From Anaeromyxobacter sp. (GTDB lineage: Bacteria; Myxococcota; Myxococcia; Myxococcales; Anaeromyxobacteraceae): 64,000 nucleotides of DNA. Made by a program: the position numbers and the translations under genes. The notes below the pieces were generated by a model. That model ran no database searches. It saw only the letters and a list, made by a program, of their open reading frames with translations, and was not told the DNA's origin. The stretch's first letter is position 1, and the number at the start of each line of letters is the position of its first letter. Shown here in pieces: positions 22,454 through 31,905 of the stretch. The stretch lies in contig JASGJN010000026.1 in assembly GCA_049840735.1 (NCBI GenBank), positions 320,001 to 384,000 of the forward strand. The letters are read 5' to 3'.

Positions 22454-22879
22454 TCAGCGCCGGGGTAGGCCCAGGGCCTCCAGCCGGCGCTCCACCGCCT
22501 CCAGGCAGGGATCGCTCTCGGCCTGCCGGTGCTCCGGCGACGCGCAGCGGACCCGCACCCTCACCTCGACCTCGTCCGCGCCGGGCACCTCGGTCGAGGC
22601 GTGGAGCGCGCGGGTGGCGGCGGGCAGGAACTCGGTGACGTCCTCGGCGCCCGCCCGCACCGCCTGCTCGGCGAAGGCCCGCAGCTCGCGCTCCAGCGCG
22701 GCGCAGCGCTGGCAGCCGGGCGCCCGCAGCCCCGCCTCGCCGTGCGTGGCGAAGAGCCGGAGGTCGTGCGCGACCACCTCGCGCCGGCCTCCGGCCTCCA
22801 CCGTCTCGGGCTCCACCTCGCAGTGCACGTGGTGCTCGCGGACGAACCGGCTCAGGTCCTGCTGGCTCGCGGGGTCCAT
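22454..22879 (-). CDS. Hypothetical protein
   Basis: ORF with host-like codon usage and PGCQRC motif. Confidence 0.6.
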   Translation of the reverse strand: MDPASQQDLSRFVREHHVHCEVEPETVEAGGRREVVAHDLRLFATHGEAGLRAPGCQRCAALERELRAFAEQAVRAGAEDVTEFLPAATRALHASTEVPGADEVEVRVRVRCASPEHRQAESDPCLEAVERRLEALGLPRR

Positions 22880-22918
22880 GCCCCAAGATGCGCCCGCCCC
22901 CGCGCAGGCGCCGGACGG

Positions 22919-23791
22919 CTACCACCCGGGCGGCGGCTCGGCGTACGAGCCGCGGAACGGCTGGGCGCTGTCGCGCAGGCTGCGGTCGTCGGCGCGGGCC
23001 AGCCGCCGGTCCACGTCGATGCCCACCGCGGCCAGGCCGCGCCGGTCGTCGTAGCGGAGCGTGAGCACGGCGGCGGGCGCGTCGCTGGCGCGGTCGAACG
23101 GGACCTCCTCGACGGCCGAGGTGTGCGCCTCCCCGAACTCCGTCCCCAGCCCCGGCCGCCCGGCGCTCCGCTCCGCCTTGCTCGCCGCCGGCGGCGGGGC
23201 CGCGGGCGCCTGGGCCACCGGCCCGGAGGCGTCGGCCTCGGCCTGCGGGGCCGGCGCGCTGCGCAGCCCCAGGTCGTCCTCCTCCTCCCAGCGGTGGTGC
23301 GGCCGCGGCACCACGACCACCGGGCGCGGCCGCTCCGGGAAGACGGCCACGCCGATCACGCCCACGTCGCGGGCGTCGCCCATCCGCGCGGCGTAGGAGC
23401 GGGAGACGCTGGAGAACCGGAAGGCCGCCACCTCGGCCTGGCTGAGCCTGAAGCCGTCCACGGTGAGCGTGCCCCAGGCGTCCACCAGGTAGCCGCGCTT
23501 CTCCACCGAGGCCGGGCGCCCGTCCACCACGTCGCGCCCGTCCACCGAGGCCACCACCTCGACCCGCTGCGCCGAGCCGTTGTGGAAGCGGAGCAGGTAG
23601 CGCTGGCCCTTCTGGCCCAGCACGTAGGTGCGCCCCTGGTGCTGGAAGGTGGGGAGCGCGCGCCCCGCGGCGTCCACCAGCTCGAACGACCACGGGCCGG
23701 AGCGCGACGCGGGGGTCAGTGCAGGGGTGCGGGCGGGGGCGCAGGCCAGCAGGGCGGCGCAGAGGGCGAGGGCGAGGGGGGCGCGGGACAT
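22919..23791 (-). CDS. Hypothetical lipoprotein
   Basis: Lipobox LLAC; VASVDGRDVVDG, DGFRLS..VAAFRF and LGTEFGE motifs; AAGGAG RBS. Confidence 0.75.
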   Translation of the reverse strand: MSRAPLALALCAALLACAPARTPALTPASRSGPWSFELVDAAGRALPTFQHQGRTYVLGQKGQRYLLRFHNGSAQRVEVVASVDGRDVVDGRPASVEKRGYLVDAWGTLTVDGFRLSQAEVAAFRFSSVSRSYAARMGDARDVGVIGVAVFPERPRPVVVVPRPHHRWEEEDDLGLRSAPAPQAEADASGPVAQAPAAPPPAASKAERSAGRPGLGTEFGEAHTSAVEEVPFDRASDAPAAVLTLRYDDRRGLAAVGIDVDRRLARADDRSLRDSAQPFRGSYAEPPPGW

Positions 23792-23890
23792 GGACGGCTC
23801 CTTTCGAAGCCTCGAACGCACCAGCCCGGGAAAGGATCTGTCCGGGCGCGCAGCGCGCCCGCCGGGACCGGTCGCTGCCCCTGGGCGGCG

Positions 23891-24787
23891 TCAGCCTCCG
23901 ACCAGCGCCGCCTCGACCGCTCGGAAGTCCTCCGGCGCCGGCGCCTCCAGCACCAGCCGCGCGCCGGTCACCGGGTGATCGATCTCCAGCCGCGCGGCGT
24001 GGAGCATGACCCGCGGCACGGCCTGCTCGCCGACGCGGCGGGGGCCGCCGTAGCGCGGGTCGCCCAGCAGCGGCGCGCCCAGGTGCGCGAGGTGGACGCG
24101 GATCTGGTGCGTGCGCCCGGTCTCCGGCCGCGCCTCGACCAGGGCGGCCTGCGGGCCGGCGCGGAGCGTGCGGTAGCGCGTGGCGGCGGGGTCGCCGGCG
24201 GGATCGACCCGGCGCAGGCCGGCGCGGGCCGGGTCCTTGCCCAGCGGCGCCTCCAGCCGCCCCTCGGGCGGCGCAGGCGGCCGCGCCACCAGCGCCAGGT
24301 AGGTCTTCTCCGGCGCGCCGGTCCGGAAAGCCTCGGCCAGCGCCGCGGCCGCGGCCGGGGTGCGCGCGAAGATGGTGACGCCGGAGGTCTCGCGGTCGAG
24401 CCGGTGGACCAGCGTCACCGGCGCGCCCAGCAGCGCCCCCACCAGCTCCGGGAGCGTGCCGCGGTCGGTGGTGAGCGTGGGCTGGGAGGGCACGCCGGCC
24501 GGCTTGTCCACCACCGCGATGTCGGCGTCGGCGTAGATCAGCCGCTCGCGCGCGAGCGCGGCCGGGGCCTCGGCGGCGCGCCCGCCCTCCTCCAGGTTCA
24601 CGACCACGCGCTGCCCGGGCCAGAGCGTGCGCGCGGCCACCTTGCAGCGCTTGCCGTCGAGGAAGACGCCGCCGGCGTCCAGCGCCCGGCGCGCCAGCCC
24701 GCGCGAGATCCCGCCGCGGGCGGCGATGAAGCGGTCGATGCGCTGGTTGGCGTCGCCGTCGGGGACGACCAGCGAGAGCTTGCGCAC
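23891..24787 (-). CDS. RluA/RluD family pseudouridine synthase with S4 domain
   Basis: VDKPAG, VHRLDRETSG and TGRTHQIRVHL motifs. Confidence 0.93.
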   Translation of the reverse strand: MRKLSLVVPDGDANQRIDRFIAARGGISRGLARRALDAGGVFLDGKRCKVAARTLWPGQRVVVNLEEGGRAAEAPAALARERLIYADADIAVVDKPAGVPSQPTLTTDRGTLPELVGALLGAPVTLVHRLDRETSGVTIFARTPAAAAALAEAFRTGAPEKTYLALVARPPAPPEGRLEAPLGKDPARAGLRRVDPAGDPAATRYRTLRAGPQAALVEARPETGRTHQIRVHLAHLGAPLLGDPRYGGPRRVGEQAVPRVMLHAARLEIDHPVTGARLVLEAPAPEDFRAVEAALVGG

Positions 24788-25083
24788 TACGCCGCGCTCT
24801 TCGAGGCGGGGCAGCCGGCGCAGCAGTCGGACTTCGCGCCGCCGCCGCCGTCGGACGCCTTCTTCTCGCCGGCCTTCTCACCGTTGCCGGTGATGGCGGC
24901 GGGGTTCTTGCCGCCGTAGTCGGTGATGTAGAAGCCCGAGCCCTTGAAGGCGAAGCCGGCCGCCGAGATCAGCTTCTTGACCGGCGAGCCGCACACGTCG
25001 TGCAACTCGAGCGCCGGGGCGGACATCTTCTGCAGGGCGTCGAACCGCCCGCACTTGGGGCACTCGTACTCGTAGATGGGCAT
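24787..25083 (-). CDS. FmdB family zinc-ribbon protein
   Basis: MPIYEYECPKCG...FKGSGFYITDY. Confidence 0.9.
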   Translation of the reverse strand: MPIYEYECPKCGRFDALQKMSAPALELHDVCGSPVKKLISAAGFAFKGSGFYITDYGGKNPAAITGNGEKAGEKKASDGGGGAKSDCCAGCPASKSAA

Positions 25084-25242
25084 ACTCGTGCGACCTCTCT
25101 GCTCAGCAAACCTAAAATCCGGCGCCGCCCTGTCAAGCGGCCGCGCCCTCGCAGCGGCCGCCGCGGGACGCCCGGGCGCGTGCTAAGTAGGCGTCGTCCC
25201 GGAACATCCCCGGGCGGGGCGGACGAAGGGAAGGGATTTAGC

Positions 25243-26625
25243 ATGTCGCGGGCCGAGCTGGAAACGGTGCCACTCGAGATCGACACGCTGGTGGAGGCGC
25301 TGGATCAGGAGCGCGCGCGGTCGATCGCCGGGGTGGAGAGCGACCCAGGGCTCGTACGGCTGTATGCCGCCCACTCCAGGGTGGCCCACCGCCAGACGGT
25401 GACCGACCTGCGCGAGGCCGGGCAGGCGGCGCTGGCCGCCCGGGTGGCGGCGCTGCGGGCGGAGCGCGCCGCGGCCGAGCACGAGGAGCGCTGGCGGGCG
25501 CTGGAGGCGGCGGCGCACCAGCCGGGGCCGGACGGCGACGCGCCGCTGGCCGCGCTGGAGCTGGCGGTGCTGCGCGAGCCGGACCGGACCCGCCGGCTGG
25601 CGCTGGCGCGGGCCGCGGCGGACGCGCTGGAGCCGGCCGCGGCGGCGCGCGAGGCGGCGGTGGAGGCGCGCGCCCGGGCCGGCGCCGAGGTGGGCCTGGC
25701 GCCGGACTGGCGGGCGGTGGTGGAGGGCGACCAGCTGCTCGCGGCCAGCGACGACGCCTGGCGCGAGGTGCTCGGCTTCCGCGCCCGCCACGACCTGGGG
25801 CTGGCGCCGTCGCCGGGCGGGGACCTCACCCGCGGCGACCTGCTCTTCCTGCTGACGCTCTCGCGCTGGGACGGGCTGTTCCGCCCGGCGGCGCTGCGGG
25901 CCGCCGTCCACGCCACCGTCACCGCGCTGGGGCTGGACCTCTCCCGCCTCCGCATCGACGAGGGGACGCGCCCGGCGCAGTGGCCGGGGGTGCACGTGGT
26001 GGGCGCGCGGGTGGCCTGGCGCCCGCGGGGCGGGGCCGGGGACTGGCAGGACCTGCTGGCCGGCCTGCCGCGCGCGCTGGCCGCGACCCATGCCTCGCCG
26101 CACCGGCGCGAGCCGCTGCTGGGCCACGCGCTGGGGTGGCTGGTGGAGTCGCTGCTGCTCGAGCCGCGCTGGCTGGCGGACCACGCCGGCGTGGAGCGCA
26201 AGGTGGCGCCGGACCTGATCCGCGACCTGGCGCTGCGGCGCCTGTTCACGCTGCGTGCGCGGGCGGCCGCCTTCCGGATCGCGACCGAGGTGGAGCGCGG
26301 GCTCTCCGGCGCCGCCTGGCGCGAGGCCTACCGCGAGGCGCTCACCGCCGCCACCGGCGCGGCCTGGGAGGGCGTGCGCGCCGCGCGCGACGCGGACGGC
26401 GCGGCGCACGCCGCGGCGCTGGCCGGGGCGGGCGCCGGCGAAGCGCTCCGCCTGGCGGTGCGCGAGCAGCTGGACGAGGACTGGTGGCGCAACCCGCGGA
26501 CCGCCGCGTTCCTGGCCGGCCTGCTGGCCGGCGGCGCGCTGCCGGACCCTGAAGCCGGCGCGCCGCGCGAGCCGGCGCTGGCGGCGCAGGCCCTCGCGGC
26601 GAGGCTGGAGGGGAGCGCTCGCTAA
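25243..26625 (+). CDS. Hypothetical protein, probably a degenerate M3/oligoendopeptidase-like fold
   Basis: DEDWWRNPR motif and GG..DW..LL segment without HExxH; stop TAA formed at the element junction. Confidence 0.6.
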   Translation: MSRAELETVPLEIDTLVEALDQERARSIAGVESDPGLVRLYAAHSRVAHRQTVTDLREAGQAALAARVAALRAERAAAEHEERWRALEAAAHQPGPDGDAPLAALELAVLREPDRTRRLALARAAADALEPAAAAREAAVEARARAGAEVGLAPDWRAVVEGDQLLAASDDAWREVLGFRARHDLGLAPSPGGDLTRGDLLFLLTLSRWDGLFRPAALRAAVHATVTALGLDLSRLRIDEGTRPAQWPGVHVVGARVAWRPRGGAGDWQDLLAGLPRALAATHASPHRREPLLGHALGWLVESLLLEPRWLADHAGVERKVAPDLIRDLALRRLFTLRARAAAFRIATEVERGLSGAAWREAYREALTAATGAAWEGVRAARDADGAAHAAALAGAGAGEALRLAVREQLDEDWWRNPRTAAFLAGLLAGGALPDPEAGAPREPALAAQALAARLEGSAR

Positions 26626-28606
26626 GAGTTGTCCCACAATTCGCCAATCGGCGAAGCGTGGGCCGGGTCGGTTCGCCATCGGGCCCGCTCGGGCGTGGTC
26701 TGGCCGGAGCCAGCCTCATCCCGGGTTGGGCCCGTGGCCGTGCCGACGATTCGCCGAGCCACCGGTTTGCTTGCCGGTGTGGACGTCCGCCATGCGAAGG
26801 ACGGCTCGCGGGCGAAGAGGTCGGTTGACTCGGACCGGACGTCTTGCCGCCCGGGACAGCGAGGATCAAGAAGGTTTCCGATGGCGGCGCGGGCCTGCCG
26901 GGTGGCGTCGTAGTCGACGCGCGCCGTGGCTGGCTCGCCGGGCCGATCGAGGACGAGGAAGGCGCCGAGGACCGCGGAGACGGCGTCCCTGTCCCCTTCC
27001 AGCCCGCAGCGAGGGCAGCGGTGGACCCGGTCGGCGAGCGACTTCTCGACCCGGACGCCGCAGGGGCAGTGCTGGGAGAGGGCGGTGGTCTGCGTGGGGA
27101 TCCTGACCACGCCGCCAACGTTGCCAGCGACGGTTGCGGTGGCACGCGCCTCCCGGTCGATAGCCGCGAGCAGCGTCCCCGGCGTGAACGTGGCCACCCC
27201 GCGCCCCCAGGTGCGCGCCCAGGCGGTGATGGTCACGTCCTCGACGGCGAGCTGATAGCCGTGAGTGCGTACCACCTCGGCGGCGACCTGCCGGGCCCGG
27301 TCGCGCCGGGCCTGCGTCCACGACGACGCAGCGGCAGCCTGCTCAGCCCGGAGGAAGCGGTAGCGCTTCGAGAGCGTGTCCCGCCGGTAGGCCTGAAGCG
27401 GGACGCCGTCCGACCGCGCCAGCCGCGGGCCTCCAGGGATCACCTCGACCGGCGTGAGGCCGGCGGCGGCCCGCCGGCGGGCGCGCTTCTCCTGGCGCCT
27501 GGAGAGCCGGTACTGGGCCCGGTTCGCGGCCCGGCGCGACCGCTCCAGGGCCCGCTGCCTGCGCCGCTCACGGCGACTGCGGCCTCGGTCCCGCGCCTTG
27601 GCCTGACCGTCTAGCTCCACCCTGGTGAGCCGCAGGTCGCCCCCAGCCACCTGGGAGGCGATGGTCAGGTTGGACACGTTGACGTCTATCCCCGCCACGC
27701 GCTCCGCCTCGTCGTTGGCCGCAGCTTCCCGCCGTGCCTGCGCCGAAGGCGAGACGTACGGCTGGGCGAGGACCATCAGATGCGCCTCGTACCGCCAGCC
27801 ACCGGGCGCATGAGGCGACCGCGTACGCACCAGGTCGACCTTGTGCCAGCGGGCCGGGTCGGCCAGGTGATGGTCGAGGATGGGCTGGTTGCACGGCGCG
27901 GTGGGGAGGCGAACCGGCAGGACCAGGGCGCCTCCGGGGAGGCCGCTGAAGAGACCAGCGCCAGAGGCCCCTGATAGGACCACCAGTCAACGCGCCGATC
28001 GGCGGCCCCCGGGACCTGGAGGTGCCGCGGCTGGACGAAGTCGCCGCCGGGCCTGGTGTACCTGCCCCGGTGGCCTGCGAGGGAGCCGTGGAGCCGAAAG
28101 GTCTCCCATTTCCGCTCCCGGGTGTGTGACCGGGCCCGGCCAGGAAGCCGTGAGAAGTCGAACCAGCGCCCGACGCGGAGAAGTCCCTGCCGCTTGCCTT
28201 TCGCGTCCGGGAACAGGTGGCGCTCCACCGGCGTCCAGACCGAGTCGGCGAGGTGCATCGCCAGCGCCTTGGTGACGTTCCGGCGGAGGTGGGGCGCCGC
28301 GTCGAGGTGCGCGTAGGCCGCCTGCTCCAGCGCCTCGCGCGAGAGGCCGAGCCTGGCCCGGGTCTCGGAGGCGCTCCGGGCCCGCGCCTTCGTCGCCGCC
28401 CAGTAGGCCCGCACCCGGTCCCGCGCCGTCCGCTGGAGCGCGCGCCGGACCTGGTAGGCCCCGGAGAAGATACCTTCGAGCCGTCGTCGCTGCACCGGGT
28501 CGTGGAGGTCCAGGGCGAGCCGGAGCACCGACACCCCGTCCTCGCGCCGGCGGATCCAAGGCCGCTGCCGGTTCGGACCACGGGTTCGCTTGGCAGAGGC
28601 GCTCAC
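26622..28606 (-). CDS. tnpB: Large TnpB-like RuvC/zinc-ribbon nuclease (~660 aa); apparent frameshift at ~27951
   Basis: RuvC-I VAGIDVN, Arg-rich helix, RuvC-II LAVED, SQHCPCG..HRCPRCG zinc ribbon, RuvC-III DRDAVSA; N-half in ORF 27776..28753 joins at GPLALV|FSGLPGG. Confidence 0.85.
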
Positions 28607-28940
28607 CCGCTCATCGTGAACCCATGCCCTGACATCTTGTTCAGTGAGGGTTGGCTTCCGCCGGTGGCCCGGGAAACGAGGCCACCGTGTTGTCCTCGCC
28701 GATGGCGGATACCGGGGAGTCCTGGGTCTTCGTATCCCGGTCTTCCGCCACAACCGGGTCGTCCGCGACGCCGCCTGGCGCCGTCACCGCAAACAGCGCG
28801 CCCGGGTCGAGCACGTCCTCGCTCGCCTCAAAGACTGGCGCGTCCTCCGGGACCACCGGCGGCGGGGGCGACACCTCGGATCCACGGTCGCCGCCGTGGC
28901 CTTCCTCTACAACCTCAAGCTCGAATTTCGGGACAGCTCC
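26625..28940. mobile_element. Non-autonomous IS5-family-derived element carrying a large TnpB-like nuclease
   Basis: TIRs AGAGTTGTCCCACAATTCG (26625-26643) and CGAATTTCGGGACAGCTCC (28922-28940), 15/19 inverted identity; flanking TA at 26623-24 and 28941-42. Confidence 0.8.
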
Positions 28941-28943
28941 TAG
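28644..28943 (+). pseudogene. C-terminal fragment of an IS5-family DDE transposase (DDE_Tnp_4, Harbinger-like)
   Basis: VLADGGYRG, HRKQRARVEHVLARLKDWRVLRD and AFLYNL motifs; runs through the right TIR; N-terminal half absent. Confidence 0.8.
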
Positions 28944-29284
28944 CTCTTCTTCCGCAGCGCCCGGAGGATCTTCTCCTTCGTGCGGGAGGGCTGCGGGGCG
29001 GCGCGGCGCGCGACCGGCGCCGGGGCGGCCTCGGCCTGCGCCTCGCGGCGGCGCAGGAAGGCCTCGATCTCGTAGGAGAGCAGCTCGATCTCGAGGTCGC
29101 TGCGGGGCGGCGCGGCCCGCTCCAGCGGCGCCGCGCGCGGCAGCGCAGCGCCCAGGCGCATGCGCATCACGCGCTCCTCGTCCGCGGCCAGCTCCCGGAC
29201 CGGACCGCGCCGGAGCGCGGCCTGGGCGGCTGCCTCCGTCACGACCGCGGTGGTCCCCGTCTTCTTCGTCTGCATGGTCCACAT
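28940..29284 (-). CDS. Hypothetical protein
   Basis: Host-like ORF (EERVMRMRLG...KEKILRALRKKS); stop at the element junction. Confidence 0.7.
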   Translation of the reverse strand: MWTMQTKKTGTTAVVTEAAAQAALRRGPVRELAADEERVMRMRLGAALPRAAPLERAAPPRSDLEIELLSYEIEAFLRRREAQAEAAPAPVARRAAPQPSRTKEKILRALRKKS

Positions 29285-29520
29285 GGTAGGGGCCAGGGCT
29301 GACCTGTCCATTTTTCGCCGGCCCGCGACCGCGTCCCGCCCGGGCGGCCAAGCGCCCGTCCGGCAAGGGCTTTCCGTCTCACCCGGCCGGCGGCGATATC
29401 ACACACCCGTCCCCGGCCGATGTCTTGCGGGGCGGCTCGTCGGCGGTAAGGCTCCAGGGCGGCGGGGCCCGCCTGGCAGCGCGGCTGCCGGGCCGCGCAC
29501 CGCGGCGGGAGGCGCGATCC

Positions 29521-29973
29521 ATGGCCGGCTGGCAAGACAACCTGCTGGAGGACGACGAGCAGCTCCGGGCGCTGCTGGCCACCGTCCGGCGCGTGGCGGT
29601 GCTGGGCATCAAGACCGAGGCCCAGGCCGGGCAGCCGGCGTTCGACGTCCCCGAGGTCCTCGCCCGCGCCGGGCTGGAGATCGTCCCGGTGCCGGTCTAC
29701 TACCCGGAGGTCCAGGCCATCCTGGGCCAGCCGGTGTACCGGCGCGTGGCCGACGTGCCCGGCCCGCTCGACCTGGTGGACGTCTTCCGCCGCCCCACCG
29801 ACGTGCCGGCGCACGTGGACGACCTGCTGGCCAAGCGGCCTCGCGCGGTCTGGCTGCAGCTCGGCATCCGCAGCGACGCGGCCGCCGAGCGCCTGGCGCG
29901 CGAGGGGATCCAGGTGGTGCAGGACCGCTGCCTGAAGGTGGAGTGGCGGCGGCTGGGGCCGGGGAGGGCCTGA
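29521..29973 (+). CDS. CoA-binding domain protein (YccU-like)
   Basis: RRVAVLG, DLVDVFRR, AVWLQLGI and VVQDRC motifs. Confidence 0.9.
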   Translation: MAGWQDNLLEDDEQLRALLATVRRVAVLGIKTEAQAGQPAFDVPEVLARAGLEIVPVPVYYPEVQAILGQPVYRRVADVPGPLDLVDVFRRPTDVPAHVDDLLAKRPRAVWLQLGIRSDAAAERLAREGIQVVQDRCLKVEWRRLGPGRA

Positions 29974-30112
29974 GGGCCCGTCGAACCGCGGCTGCGCCCC
30001 GTTGCTTCGTGACGCCAGGTGAACGGCGCTGCGCCGTCCGCCCCGGGTGCTGCTCTTCGGCCCCCGCCGGCGCGCCAGGGAACGCGCCGGCGGTTCGCGG
30101 CCTGCTGCGCCG

Positions 30113-30274
30113 CTACCTCGCCGCCGGGACCGAGACGGCCGGCAGCACCGTCATGACCTGCGGGGCGGTGACATAGCGGGGCGGAGAGGAGAGCTGCGCG
30201 GTGAACGTCGCCAGCAGGATGATGGCGAGCGCCAGGCAACCCCAGCCTTCGTACGTGCGGATCTTGACGACCAT
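30113..30274 (-). CDS. Small single-TM protein (53 aa), not in the ORF track
   Basis: GGAGG RBS; MVVKIRTYEGWGCLALAIILLATFTAQLSSPPRYVTAPQVMTVLPAVSVPAAR*. Confidence 0.5.
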   Translation of the reverse strand: MVVKIRTYEGWGCLALAIILLATFTAQLSSPPRYVTAPQVMTVLPAVSVPAAR

Positions 30275-30494
30275 GGTGCGACCTCCGTTGAGCGACGCAG
30301 AGAATCATACGCCCCGGAGGCAAGGCTATTTCATCCCGACAAGTACGAGGTCAGGACCACACCATGGGTCAACCTGAAGGATGCGACACCCTTGGTGACT
30401 GCGCGCTTGCGCGCGGCGCCGCAGCGGCGCGCGCAAGAGGCTGGGACCACTGGTGAAGCGGTTGGCGCACCTGGGCGGCGTGCGCCATACGTCG

Positions 30495-31442
<948 letters not shown>

Positions 31443-31523
31443 CCCTCAGGGGAAACCACTCTTCGGGGCGCGGCGCAACTTCGGGCCATGCGTCCCGCAA
31501 GGGGGCGGCGGGGTCGGCGCCTG

Positions 31524-31901
31524 CCCTTCGACTCCGCGGGCCCTGCGGGCCCGCTACGCTCAGGGCGAACGGATCCCCTGTCGCCGTTCGTCCTGAGCGT
31601 AGCGCCCGCTCAGCGGGCGCGGAGTCGAAGGACAGGCCACCACCGCCAGGGCGAACGGTCCGCCAGTCCTCCGTTCCTCCTGAGCGTAGCGCCCGCTCGG
31701 CGGGCGCGGAGTCGAAGGACAGGCCACCACCGCCAGGGCGAACGGTCCGCCTGTCTCCGTTCGTCCTGAGCGTAGCGCCCGCTCGGCGGGCGCGGAGTCG
31801 AAGGACAGGCCACCACCGCCCGGGCGAACGGATCCGCCTGTCCTCCGTTCGTCCTGAGCGTAGCGCCCGCTCAGCGGGCGCGGAGTCGAAGGACAGGCCA
31901 C
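31524..31901. repeat. REP-like cluster: one inverted copy plus four tandem 86-88 bp units
   Basis: Units starting ccgttc(g/c)tcctgagcgtagcgcccgc at 31584, 31671, 31757 and 31845; inverted copy at 31524-31572. Confidence 0.9.
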
Positions 31902-31905
31902 CTCG

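Noticed and set aside
26622..28606. Calling the nuclease a Cas12 effector
   Set aside because: No CRISPR array or adaptation genes; it lies within transposon ends, which fits TnpB.
31584..31901. Possible CRISPR array for the nearby Cas12-like nuclease
   Set aside because: The inter-repeat segments are near-identical rather than unique spacers, and the repeat belongs to a REP-like family dispersed across the window; there are no cas genes.
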